DNA of 64,000 bases, from positions 77,687,713 through 77,751,712 of the forward strand of contig NC_068989.1 in NCBI RefSeq assembly GCF_001194135.2. Direction: 5' to 3'. Each line of letters opens with the position of its first letter. Position 1 is the stretch's first letter. This document shows, piece by piece, positions 25,694-38,900 of this stretch. Source of the stretch: Octopus bimaculoides (Eukaryota). Both the position numbers and the translations under genes were made by a program. Below the pieces are notes generated by a model. It did no database searches. It saw only the letters and a list, made by a program, of their open reading frames with translations, and was not told the origin of the DNA.

Positions 25694-26511
25694 AAAGGGT
25701 GGTTTCTCCTTCTTAACAGATGGTTGTCATTACTTTGTGCTTTATTCTTCTCAATTGTATTCCTGACTGTCAGCCCACGACCTCTCCGATGACTATTCAT
25801 TTCTGTTATGGTTCCTCATGATTTGAAGTGTGAAAGACAAAAGTTGTAACATATTCTGCATTTAGAAATAGTGAATTCTGCACGCGTCACTACTCTTCCA
25901 TTGCTATAGGACTTTCAGGCAGATTGAATGATAAATGAGATTAATATAAAGAGAACATATTACGTCATTGGATTGTAGAGATAAACGCTTGTATAAGACA
26001 AGTGTCACATTCAGAGTCTCCATGATTATTGATTAGTGACAGACCGAAGCACTGTGATCAGTAATCAAGTGAAAGTGCATGTTTTTCATTAGAATGTCCA
26101 TCTAGTAGAAGGATGATATGACACCAGCTAGCGCTCTCTCATTCCTAATAGATTTACTGCGCACCCTGACACTAACCAAGAGCATTATTGCTTCTTCGCA
26201 GGCAGACAGATTATCGTCACCCGCTAGTTAACCTGTACCTGGGAACCTAACCGCTTTGCTACTCTGGGTCAGATCAGATCAGATCAGGAAAATAGTGTGC
26301 CTAAAAGGCGGTTCCACACGCATCACAACCTTCAAAATCCTAAACCAAAGCCTCACTACCGCACGCAGTTAAAGTCATACCTAGGACATTCATTCATGCA
26401 CGCATACATACATACATACATACATACATGCATACATGCATGCATGGATAGAGAGAGAGAGATACATATATATATATATATATGCATGCATGCATAAATA
26501 CATACATATAT

Positions 26512-26580
<69 letters not shown>

Positions 26581-27240
26581 TATATATAGATATATATATA
26601 TAGATATATGCATACATGCATACATACATGCCTACATACATGCCTGCATACATATATGTATGTTTGTATTCGTACGTATATGCATATTCTATTAGTACAT
26701 AGGAGTTGTGTGAGCACGCCACGCATCTTTGTGTACGGAAATGTTTCTCATCGTAGGCGTTCGTCCGTATAATAATGAGAAATAATTTTTAAAATAACTT
26801 TAAAAAATAGAACATTTTAAACGACTTTATCAATGGCTTTTACGTTTACGAAATTTAAATAGAATGAAAAATATTTTATATTAATTAAATTGCGAAAAAT
26901 TCATTTCATTGAGTAAAAATATGAAAAGATATTGAAGTTAATGAATTAGACTTTTGTATTTTAATTCATTTCTGAAAAAATTTGGAACACAAATGTTTTT
27001 ATTGTCCAATTATTTTCTATATTTTTTAATGCGCATTATTTATTTTAAGCATTGAATACTGAACAGCGTAACAATAGAAATGCTTGGCAAAAATCCCCAT
27101 CAACCTTTATGCAATTCTTTCTTTACTTTCAGAATTCGAGGTCGAGCTTGCCTTTCGTACATCTAGAATTATAGAATAAATAACAGTCAAATACAAGAAC
27201 AGTTATATCAACATCTCTCTTTCTGTCTTTCTTTATTTCA

Positions 27241-27360
27241 TCTCTTTCATTCTCTCTTCCTCTCTCTCATTCTCTCTTCCTCTCTCTTATTCTCTCTTCC
27301 TCTCTCTCATTCTCTCTTCCTCTCTCTCATTCTCTCTTCCTCTCTCTCATTCTCTCTTCC
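27241..27360. repeat. 20-bp minisatellite x6
   Basis: TCTCTCTCATTCTCTCTTCC repeated six times. Confidence 0.92.
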
Positions 27361-27542
27361 TCTCTCTTTCTCATAAGTTTTGGTTCTGCGTCACTGTCAC
27401 CAGGTTACATTAATAATGAAACTGCAAATCGGAGGACGAGATTTGTAAAGCGTTCTAGAAAATATCTTGAAGACTAGTAATATAATAACTCAGATTTTAT
27501 TATTTAGAATTGTACAAAGTTAAACAAGTGAAATATTTAATA

Positions 27543-27950
27543 TAGGCGCAAGCATAGCCACGTAGTTAAGAAGCTCACTTTGCAGCCACGTAATTTACAG
27601 TTCAGTTCCAATGTACATCGATTGCGCAAGTTTCTTCGATAGTCACGTGTCATTTACTTCCTAGTGTAGGAATTTGTTGAACAACAATTTATCGAAGCCT
27701 GTCGTCCGTCGTTTTTGTGTGTGAGTTTACATATATCATATATAAGGGTATGTAAGCGTGTTTGCATCAGTGCGTCTTTCTTTTCCAACTCCGCCTAACA
27801 ACTGGTGTTGCTTTGCTTCCGTTCCCATAGTTTAGAGCTTCAGCAACTGTGACGGACAGAAAAATAAGTACTAGGGTCGATTTCTTCGTCTAAACACTTC
27901 AGGCCGATGCCCCATCATGGCTGCTGTCCAATAACTGAAACAAATGAAAA
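27543..27950 (+). mobile_element. SINE family B, old degenerate copy
   Basis: Head TAGGCGCAAGCATAGCC...AAGAAGCTC; tail AAATAAGTACTAGGGTCGATTTCTTCGTCTAA...ATAACTGAAAC. Confidence 0.65.
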
Positions 27951-28604
27951 CTAAAGGAATATCCATGTAAAGTTCGCGTGCATACAGGTTTCGTAGTGGC
28001 CACTATGAAAACACATTAATCTTTACCTTACGTCTTAGAAAAGTAGGCCATATTACACAGATAATATAGTTTTAGATTACCTTTGCCTAGACGGGATAAT
28101 TACAGATATAGTACTTTGAATAATTCTGCTTTTCCAATGCTGGCCAGGGAAAAGGATCTAAACATCTATAACAACAACATCAAACTCCCAAGCAACTCAC
28201 ACATTTATTTCTATGTAACTTTCATCAAACTTTGTCCATCCATTACTTTAGCGAAACGTCATCGACAAAACCGTAATAGCCGTGTCAGAACAGCAGTTTA
28301 TGCAATGACAATACAATTACATACAACTGTTCTGTTTCTTCTTAAGTGGTACAGGGAATATCTACTGCCTGTCTCAGCATAAAATGCATTACTTAAGTGT
28401 CGTGCTTGTAATATTATATTCAATATTGCAGCACTTGTACCGTCTCCCAAATGATCTTCTATCATGAAACAGGATAACACAAATGATTTATAGTACTGTA
28501 TGATTTAAATAATTGTATATCTAATTGAAATCTAATCAAATAAGACGATAACAGTCAAGATATTGCATACGTCGTCAATAACGAGGTTACAGTGCACTGT
28601 TCCC

Positions 28605-29222
28605 ATATGTGTGCAGAGCTGTGATGGAAAACTTCACTTTCTCACTACCGGGTTTCTGGTTCGCTCTATCTGCGCTGGACACGTGTATTGTTCTGTAGCC
28701 CCTGTGCCGATCAATATCTTGTGAGAGTATCTTGGTAGACAGAAACTGAAGAGAAGCTCGGTGTATATATGATCGTGTATGCGTCAGTGAGTACGCGCTT
28801 CTCGTCGTGCGTGTTCGTGTGCATGCGTGGATGTGTGCGTGTCTTTGAGTTTCAGTTTATCAACCTCAGCACTTAGCAGCCGGTAGCCTCGTCACTTAAC
28901 GCTTCGACAACATAGACCGATAGAATAAATCCTAAGATCGATCTGGTAGTCCTAAATGCCCGCCAGATCTTGACCCAACAACTGAAACCAATGAAAGATG
29001 ACAGATATATATTTCTGCCAGTCTCTTCTCTCTTCCTCCCCCCCCTCTCTCTCTCACATGTGTGTATATATTTTTTTACAACGCGCTTCTTTCTGTTTCC
29101 GTCAACCAAATCCACTCACAAAGGTTTGGCTAGCCCGTGGCTGTAGTAGAAAACACTTGCCCAAGGTGCCATGCAGTGGGATTGAGCCCAGAAACATGTG
29201 GTTCGGAAGGAAGCTTCTTATC
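28605..29222. mobile_element. SINE family B fragments in both orientations
   Basis: Degenerate + strand head at about 28610-28770 (GGTAGACAGAAACTGAAGAGAAGC); minus-strand copy at 29079-29220 (TTCCGTCAACCAAATCCACTCACAAAG...CTTGCCCAAGGTGCCATGCAGTGGGA). Confidence 0.7.
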
Positions 29223-29757
29223 AATGGTACAAATATATATAAAGGAAGGGGGAAAGCATGAAAATCGAAGAGACTAGTATGCGAAGAAAAGAACTACGAC
29301 AGAGATGTTAAAAAAAAAGAAATTTTTTACTCACCTTTTTCTTGTATCTTGTCCACGTATTCTCTAAAATCTCAAAATGACCGAACTTTCAATAATGTAC
29401 ATTTGTTATAATCTTCGGCGAACATTTACTTTGATATTATCTATCCCTGTGAAAATCCGTTGACTTTTATGTGAACACTCGATCATTTGATAGGTTAATC
29501 ATGTTTGTCTGATTTCTACTTAGTAATTTTAAACTCTTTTAAAATCGTCTATTGATAAACATAAATTGTTGAAACTAGTTTCGTATGTATGTGAATAAAT
29601 CTATTTAAAAAAAGAACTACACGTTTTTCAAATTCAGGTGCATTTTCAAAACCCAAAACAAATTCTCCTATCTTTTCTTGCGTGGGAATACACCTCTTCT
29701 TTCCATACACACACACACACACTCTCTCTCTCTCTCTCTCNNNNNNNNNNTCTCTCT

Positions 29758-29805
<48 letters not shown>

Positions 29806-30344
29806 AAACACATACACATTTATGAATCTACGTACTTGTAAGGCTGTAGATTTAAAAGATCCTAAATTTTCGCGTTATCCGTTGCATCATTTCTATAAAT
29901 TTACAGGTAGATAACTCATTCTCTTTATATATTTTGTTTCATTTCTCATGTTATGTTTGTACCACAAAACATGTTTCACAACTTTTAAACTCTAAAAAAA
30001 AGACAAGTTCCATTAGTCTAAATTTTCGACAGTGTAGCAGCTATATTTCATAACCAGTGAATTCTAAAATCAAACTTATCTCTACAAAACGTATTAGCCA
30101 TTGCAGATAAAATGTTGATTGCTTTTGACTCGAGACGCACTGGGGCAATATAAAATAGATAAAAGTTGACTATGCTATCATTGAAACTCTCTGTCAGGAA
30201 TAATTATACTGATAAAAGTATAGCAGTGCTCGATGGTTGCGTAATTCTATAGTTTGTTTCGACATCAAGCACAAGAGCATTCTGGAGCACCACCTTTAAG
30301 AAATCATCATTCAATGTTTTCCTTTTTATTTGTACACTTGTTCC

Positions 30345-30540
30345 GTTTTCTTTGTGTCTGGACTGTGTCAATCCTGGGATACCGATTTTGAGGGCTTAGG
30401 CGAACACACCGACTACAACACCGAATTTCAGTTTTGGCACTTATTCTATTGGTCACTTTTGCCGGAAATCTCCATCACAGTGACATAAACAAATCAACAC
30501 TCGCTGTTAAGAGCTGCAGCCGACAAAGACAACTACAAAG
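30345..30540 (-). mobile_element. SINE family B 3' half, degenerate
   Basis: GCACTTATTCTATTGGTCACTTTTGCCGGAA...GACATAAACAAATCAACACTCG resembles the reverse complement of the family B tail. Confidence 0.55.
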
Positions 30541-32159
30541 ACTCATATATACAGCGACAAAAATGCTTACACACATATATGTATACACTCACACTATATG
30601 TATGTGTGCTTTCATATGTGTGTCTGTGTGTGTTTCTGTGTGCTTGAAAGAATTAGTAGAGATGGTTTTTGGGGGGCATAGTTTTCATTTTAATAATAAT
30701 ATTTACAGTGGGTAAAATATACTATACTATACCAAGAACATCCTTTTTGTTATTCTACTATACATATATGTATGTATGTATGTATTTATCTCTCCTTATA
30801 CATTTGGTCAATAGATGATTTTACTGAACGGCTAACCTGGGTATATCTATTTCGATGTATCCATAATGGTACAATGTTTTGGGAAAGACAACACACAAAA
30901 TGCGCATAACTATATGAAATGAAATCATTGATTGCAAAACAATCTGACATAATCCCTCCGTTTTACGAGATGTATTTTTGTAGAAATCAATCTAAACGGC
31001 TGCTAATTTATGTGTTTATATGCCTGCTTGAGGTCTTTGGTATGAGGAATACTGCAGTAACACTGGGTCAACAGTATCCCAGAAGAAGCTTTTCTTAAGG
31101 TAATACGCTACTGATAAATACTTTACGACACTGCGTCCATCAAGAAGAATCTATTTTTGGTGACATACGATGTTATTTCCTATGTACAAAAAGGAGGCTT
31201 CTTGTTGTGGAGAGTTTGTTTCAATTTTCAATGCATCCTTTTGATTGCGTCAGATGTATTATTCTTTGTATATTTAGCATACCTTCAGTCAAATTTTAAG
31301 GTTTTATAGTTATGTGTTTGTATTTTGGCTGTTTCATTGTAGTAGAGCATCTCAATAGTTTTGCGCAAAAAGTAGTGCAGCGGTATAATGAAGCATATTT
31401 TATTTCGAGAATAATATTATTTAACTATGAAATAAATAATAAAGATATTTATTATCTTCTTTGTATGCCAATTTGTAACGCCATGCGCAATTTACCACTG
31501 ACAAAACTTAGGTCTGACATGCAACAAATGAACAGAAAATACCCCACTAAATATAAATCAAACCGACGAGAAATTATGATTGATAAGTAGACAAATCAAT
31601 CTATTGATTTCATGCAACACAGAAGAGATCATAACACGCATTTAAATAGTGTAGTTTTGTGTTATAATGCATGTCATCTATGAACATCAATGCAACGGCT
31701 TCATTAGCAATGGCCGCTGGGAAGTGATTGTTTGATGTAACTTGATATGAACATAATAAAGTATACAAAGTTTATCAATGTAAACATGATATTACGCATA
31801 ATTATAACAATGCCGTTAAAAATGACAGCCATTTCAATCAAATTCTTAATGGGAACTTGTTTATTTCATTAACATTAAAGCTTTTCCATGGCTGTTCGTC
31901 AATGGTGTTTAGTCGGTGCAAAAATTGTTGATTATATTAAGGAAGCGGCTGTCGTAGGTTTAAATAAATGATTAAATAAAAAAATTATTATGCATATATG
32001 TATGTGTGCGTCTCTGAGTACGTGAGAGCTGATTTTTACGAGTGCATATGTGTGTGTGTACGTGTGTGTGCGTGGGTGTGCGTGCGTGAGTGAGTGTGTG
32101 TATGTGTGTGTATGTATTTATGTGCCTGTATGTATTTATGTGTGTGTGTATATATATAT

Positions 32160-32345
32160 ATATATTGTTGTATTTCGGTATGGTCATTTTTTTGCCAAAT
32201 AAACACACGCTCTATATATTCGTTATTCACTCGTTTATTAATGTTCTTATTCTAACTCATGTTCATTGTCCGGCAATCTTTCATCACACATCTGCGACCT
32301 CTTCAGCGACACTGTCTGTCTTCGTCTGTGCTCTTGCTCTACTTA
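32160..32345 (-). mobile_element. PLE-type pLTR (family D) with hammerhead-like motif at 32267-32312
   Basis: Minus strand TGTCG-CTGAAGA-G-GTCGCA(GATG)TGTGAT-GAAA-GATTGC-CGGACA; homologous to 60545-60740. Confidence 0.65.
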
Positions 32346-32349
32346 TTCT

Positions 32350-33010
32350 ATTCTATTTAAAAGAAAGAATGGAATAAGTGCAGGAACAAGAGCATTATAC
32401 GAGATTATACTGTACTCTACTGACAGCTATGATTTTAAATTCAAAGATGGCCAAATCTTCAGATTCAAGTCCATTCTCACCTGCAGCACGGAGAACCTGA
32501 TCTACGTAATAACTTGCAAAGTTTGCCAACATAGCTGCATAGGTCAGAAGGGCGAATCGTTACGCAAACGAATGGCGACCCATTACCTACAGATCCAGGA
32601 CAAAATGCACAAGGAAAATCCTTTAAGCAGTCACATTGCAACCTTTACAAGTAATGAAAGGCAATTTATGAACATGTACAATCCACAATTAAAAATAGAC
32701 TCAACCACAACCGATAAATAAAAACAGACACTTAAAATCAATTTCATACATATTATCATTTTGAAAAATGCTTTCCGAGATCGACTTAAGAATTTTCGGC
32801 CTAAACATTTTCCAGCATATACGATCCCAACACGTGTATCATTTAATTAGAAAGTATTTGGGTCGAAACAAGTACAACTGACGAAGGGGTATACTCTTTA
32901 TGTTGCACCTTTCGTTTCTCTGTTTCTTTTTCGTTGTTAGAAAAAAGTTCGTTTTCTATGTTTTCGTTTTTATGTTTTCGTTTATCATTGTATTTAACGC
33001 TTCTTTTTTT
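32350..33010 (+). mobile_element. Penelope-like element GIY-YIG endonuclease remnant and 3' region
   Basis: FKFKDGQIFRFKSILTCSTENLIYVITCKVCQHSCIGQKGESLRKRMATHYLQIQDKMHKENPLSSHI matches PLE GIY-YIG (TC.S.N.IY.I.C..C...YIG.T...LR.R...H). Confidence 0.9.
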
Positions 33011-33429
33011 TTATGTCCTGTACCCATATATGCATGTATGTATACATATAGATGTAGGTATGTACAGATATGTATGGATATATGCATATATTTCTATATT
33101 ATTTATATTATTATATCAGTAAGCAGAAAACATGTATGCTATGCAATGCCTTATAGGACAGACACAGATGCACGACTATGGTTTTAGTTGAACCGTTCAA
33201 TTACAAGGCTAACAGCTTTTCGCGATCTTTCTCGTTAACTTTATATTTTATTTCAGTGTTTGCATCTACACAGACATACATAATTGTGTGTTGCGGCGTG
33301 TCTATGTGTATTTTCCAAGGATATGGGCTTGTGAATTTAGCTACGTGTTTTTCTGTGCGTACAGGCATTCACGTGTGCATATGTATATGTGTGCATGTAT
33401 ATATATGTATGTATATATGTCTGTATATA

Positions 33430-33496
<67 letters not shown>

Positions 33497-34166
33497 TTAT
33501 ATATACATATATGTATATTTGTGTATATATTCTTATATTTGTGTTCATAGGTATGTGCTTATGCGGATTTAACGTTTATTTCCATGTACTGTATGTATGT
33601 GCATGTGTAGCTATGTATGTGTAAGTACGTGCGTGCTTGCATTCGAGTCTGAATGTGTATGATTTTATCTCTTATGCACAAGATACGTATTTTTATCTTA
33701 TAATAATCGGCGTTACCGACAGCGCTAGCTAATTTACAGCCCGAGCTGACCCACCGCTGTCAGTTTGGTCAATGCTCTTTCTTCTTTTTTTTTATGGTTT
33801 TATATGTTTCTTTATTCATCCTATCCCCCACTCTCTCTCTCTGGTTGGCTTTTTTTGATTCAAGAGAGAAATTGTACTATTCGGATATCCTTGATATGAT
33901 TGTCTATACCCGGCTAGTATATGTGATATGCGAGAATGTTGATTATTTGTATTTATGGTGGAAATATATATTTTTTTTTTGCGTTTTAACATCAATTATT
34001 GTACTTACTAGAGGAAATTGACGAGGTGATTGTATGATTGCATAATATTTCTACAAGCGATGTAATAATTTGGGATTTTGCTGCAAGGAGTGTTTCTTGA
34101 TTGTTATTATTTGATGAAAACTCTCAGCTTATTTTGCTGAGCATGATGGAAAGTGTCCTTGTCCAT

Positions 34167-34549
34167 GTTGTTGGCACTCCGTCGCTTACGACATCGAGGG
34201 TTCCAGTTGATCCGATCAACGGAACAAACAACCTGCTCGAGAAATTAACGTGCAAGTGGCTGAGCACTCCACAGACACGTGTACCCTTAATGTAGTTCTC
34301 GGGGAGATTCAGCGTGACACGGTGTGACAAGGCTGACCCATTGAATTACAGGCACAACAGAAACAGGAAGTAAGAGTGAGAGAAAGTTGTGGTGGAAGAG
34401 TACAGCAGGGTTCGCCACCATCCCTTGTCGGAGCCTCGTGGAGCTTTAGGTGTTTTCGCTCAATAAACACTCACAACGCCCGGTCTGGGAATCGAAACCG
34501 CGATCCTATGACCGCGAGTCCGCTTCCCTAACCACTGGGCCATTGCGCC
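34167..34549 (-). mobile_element. Third tRNA-derived SINE family, full length
   Basis: Minus strand GGCGCAATGGCCCAGTGGTTAGGG (A box)...GGTTTCGATTCCCAGACC (B box), about 300 bp of body, ending GTCGTAAGCGACGGAGTGCCAACAAC. Confidence 0.88.
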
Positions 34550-34819
34550 TTCACTTCGGTGTCCATAGCTAGCAGACTAAGGTGACACTTGTTTACTGGT
34601 TACATGTCAAGAACTCTATAAAGAACTCATGTAGTTCCAAGCAATGCTGATTTTTGTAGACGTTCTCTTTATATTTGTACCAATCTTTTTGAGTCATGTT
34701 GGTACTTCCAAGTGCGAAAATTGCTATTGATGTCACGTCTACTCTCCTCATTGACTACAACCTTCGTATTTCCCATTTCCAATCGTCGTAGTTGTTCAGT
34801 TTTTCTTCTTCTCGCTCTT

Positions 34820-34842
34820 TATAATAATAATAGTAATAACAA

Positions 34843-34886
<44 letters not shown>

Positions 34887-35042
34887 ATTATAATAATAAT
34901 AATAATAATAATAATTAGAAGAAGAAGAAGAAGAAGAAGAAGAAGAAGAAGAAGAAGAAGAAGAAGAAGCAAACGAGGAAGAATAAAATGATGATGATAA
35001 TAATAATAATAGCAATAATAATGATAATAATAATAGTAATAA

Positions 35043-35120
<78 letters not shown>

Positions 35121-35122
35121 AT
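34820..35122. repeat. Compound trinucleotide array (TAA/CTA/GAA/TGA)
   Basis: Direct inspection. Confidence 0.95.
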
Positions 35123-35352
35123 AAATAAATAGAAGTGATCTTCACGAACAATACTACAAAAACCTACAACATGATGAACAGATCCAATATCTATAATAAG
35201 CATAACTTGACAGAGAGTGAATTTGATATTAAGATCATCGAACGGGTAGGTCTTCTGCGAAGCATCGGGCGTACATGACACGATACATGTTTCACTAACA
35301 TTACTGGTAAATTTGCCCTAATCGAATATTGAGGAAACACTAAAAACAAATT

Positions 35353-35722
35353 AAACAAGAGCATTCAGAGAGCGCAAACCTCCGCCAATTCAACACGAAC
35401 GTCCTCTCAACGATTAACCGGAGATAATTTTTAAAATGAGAATGCCTGAAATAAATTAGACTGCTCTTACAAATGAGAATACTAAAACTGAACCAGACCG
35501 CTCTCAAAAATGAAGTAAAAAAAACAGGAAAAATAATCCAGAATCCTTGTGCGGCACCGGATCAATCCCAAAATATTATCAATTCGTTCCAGTCAAGTGG
35601 CCAAACATCACTGAAAGTTTCATCCGAATCCATCCAGCGGTTCTTGAGATATCTTGTCCACGGACAAACAAGCAAACACGACTGAAAAACAATACCTCCA
35701 CCTTCACTCAGGCGGAGGTAAT
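35353..35722 (+). mobile_element. Non-autonomous DNA element with 5' sub-terminal motif and 3' hairpin (Helentron/HINE-like or Crypton-like; class uncertain)
   Basis: ACCTCCGCC at 35378-35386; 3' hairpin TACCTCCACCT-TCACTC-AGGCGGAGGTA at 35693-35720; internal ACAAACAAGCAAAC repeat; no ORF. Confidence 0.55.
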
Positions 35723-36459
35723 AAAGCAGATTTCGAAAACTTTTCCTCTCAGTAAATAACCGTAAATAACCCATTTAAAGCCTATCATATTGAGCAAGGT
35801 TAACAAAACAGAGATTTTGTTCGCTTCAAATGGTATGCTACTTTAAAATATATTCTATTATGCAACCAATTTTATGTTCTTGTGGGGCTATTCAAAGACC
35901 CCATGACATGTCTAGTTCCAATGTAAAAATTACCAGTCTGAGAGATATAGAACATTTTTTTAAACGGCTTTAAAACTGCTATCATTGTTGGTGATGTATT
36001 CTATTTTCAAGGATCCATCAACCATAAAAGCGATCTTCCGATTCATAGGGTTACATAAAAATTCAACTACAGAAACATTTAGCTATTCTTTATCAGTAAT
36101 ACTTCTACCCTTTGCATCCTTTTCGTCTTATTGTTCATTATGTTTGCTGTGTTTCTTCTTTTATATAAAGTGTATTATATACCTGTCTCAGTCAGGCATG
36201 TCTTGCTTGCTTTATACCGATGTACAACTTATGTAAATAATCAAATAAATAAATATAGAAATGCACAAAACACCGTTTAATATTTTCTTCTGCTATGTTC
36301 AGCGGCAATAATTAAAAAAAAAATGCACAAGAGAAACAATCTCTACTTGGCACTGACTTCAGTCACCTCGTAACTGTCTATTCCACTACTTCTGGTAAAG
36401 CCTATCCTCAACACTCACTAAGCTCCACCTCCATCACCATGGCAACCGAACCTATATAT

Positions 36460-37032
<573 letters not shown>

Positions 37033-37035
37033 ACT

Positions 37036-37320
37036 CGCTCAGCCAAATACTTAGCGGTATTTTATACGTCTTTACGTTCTGAGTTCAGATTCCACCGAGG
37101 TTGTCTTTGCCTCTCATTCTTTCTTGGCTGACAACATAAGTACCAGTTTAATACTGGTATCAATATAATCGACATATACTCACTTAGAAATTTATAACTG
37201 TGTGCCAAACTTCGAAACCAAAATTACTATAACAAAAACCCGTTGAGCACTGGAGTCTATGTAATAGAATTAACCCCTGCCCAGGAACTGCAGGCTTTGT
37301 GTCAAAATTTGAAGTAAATA
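37036..37320 (+). mobile_element. SINE family A, head-truncated, plus a second tail fragment
   Basis: TACTTAGCGGTATT...GTTCTGAGTTCAGATTCCACCGAGG...TAAGTACCAGTT; second tail GTTGAGCACTGGAGTCTATGTAAT at about 37242. Confidence 0.75.
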
Positions 37321-37539
37321 TTAAGAAACCATACTAGCACCAACTGTAACATGATAGAAAAACAAGTCTCTGAGACCATGACATGGTTCTCTGTAGCCTA
37401 GTTTCGCAGCATAGAGAATTTATACCAAAATCCTCGACATAGCAGATATCTACCTAGAGACAACAGGAGAGAAATTATGCATGACTCTAGTGTCATATTT
37501 GAAGCAAAAAATGTACATAAATAAAAATAAAAAAATAAA

Positions 37540-37604
37540 AATTGACCCTAAGATTCCGAGTTCGATTCCAGGCAGTGACCTGAATAATAATAATAATAAT
37601 AATA

Positions 37605-37635
<31 letters not shown>

Positions 37636-37800
37636 GAATAACATCGAAAAAATACCGTAGGAATGAGAACCCAGGTTCGAAGTTTCCCGATGACACGTGA
37701 TGAAGGCGGGAGGGTATATCAGCCGAAACGTTGTGTTAAAAACTAACAAGATGAGGACAAATATCCGTCTACTGTATATAATTTAGATAATGTAAAAAAT
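37540..37800 (+). mobile_element. SINE/retrozyme-like element: Pol III B-box, (TAA/TGA)n, hammerhead-like motif
   Basis: CCGAGTTCGATTCCAGG at about 37557-37573, microsatellite at 37583-37635, hammerhead-like motif at 37692-37737. Confidence 0.6.
37692..37737 (+). ncRNA. Minimal type I hammerhead ribozyme motif (C3G in this copy)
   Basis: GACAC-GTGATGA-A-GGCGG(GAGGGTATAT)CAGCC-GAAA-CGT-T-GTGTT: stem I GACAC/GUGUU, stem II 4 of 5 pairs, palindromic stem III, GUU triplet. Confidence 0.7.
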
Positions 37801-38519
37801 TCGTACAAAGGTTTGTTTAAAACTTCACCATAAGCTGCTTTTGTATTTCGAGTTGTTTTCAAACTACCAGTAGCACTTTCGGAGAAATCTCCTTTCTCCA
37901 AAGGTTTGTCTGGCTATCTTCAGTATTTCGAATGTGCTTAGGTCGGTGAGTCAGCCTTTCGCTCCTCTTTACGTTTTATATATGTATATATATATATATA
38001 TATATNNNNNNNNNNNNNNNNNNNNNNNNNNNNNNNNNNNNNNNNNNNNNNNNNNNNNNNNNNNNNNNNNNNNNNNNNNNNNNNNNNNNNNNNNNNNNNN
38101 NNNNNNNNNNNNNNNNNNNNNNNNNNNNNNNNNNNNNNNNNNNNNNNNNNNNNNNNNNNNNNNNNNNNNNNNNNNNNNNNNNNNNNNNNNNATATCACGA
38201 AAAAGAAATTGCAATATATAATTGCAAATTCCAAATTCTTCCAAGTACTGCGAAAAACAATTAATGTTATCAGTGTGCAGATGTCTGTCTTATATTCGGA
38301 AGGTGAACTATGTAACCCTTCTTCTTATTACTACGGTGACACGCTAAAATCCTCTGGTTTTGCAGACTGAATAAATTATAGACCGAACTCTACTAATATT
38401 CATTAACGCACAAAAGAAATTGGAACTGAAATGCAATGCCGAATACTCCTCACCATTGTTCAAAATATCTGTTTTACAGTTGTTGATATGTTTCTTTGTC
38501 ATAAATCAGCAAAAACTTC

Positions 38520-38743
38520 CTTTATCTTTTACTTGTTTCAGCCATTTGACTACGGCCATTCCGGGGCGACGCTTTGAAGGGTCTTAGTCGAGCATATCAA
38601 CCCAAGAACTTATTTTCTTTTCTTTAAGCCGAGTACTTATTCTACTCTCTGTTTTGCCGAACCGCGAATTTACATGGACGTAAACACACCAGCACCGGTT
38701 GTTAACTTGTGGTGGGTGACAAACACAGACAGAAAGACATATG

Positions 38744-38777
<34 letters not shown>

Positions 38778-38900
38778 TGTATATACAAATATATTAAAGA
38801 CGGGTTTCTTTCAGTGCCCATCTCCCAAATCCACTCACAAAGCTTTGGTCGGCCCCAGCCTGTAGAAGAAGATACTTTCCCAAGTTGCATGGCTGCAGTC
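38520..38900 (-). mobile_element. SINE family B, near full length
   Basis: TTTTACTTGTTTCAGCCATTTGACT...GCCGAACCGC...CAAATCCACTCACAAAGCTTTGGTCGGCC is the reverse complement of family B. Confidence 0.85.

Noticed and set aside
31312-31590. 92-aa ORF in unique sequence
   Set aside because: Non-ATG start, no motif and no splice context; expected by chance.
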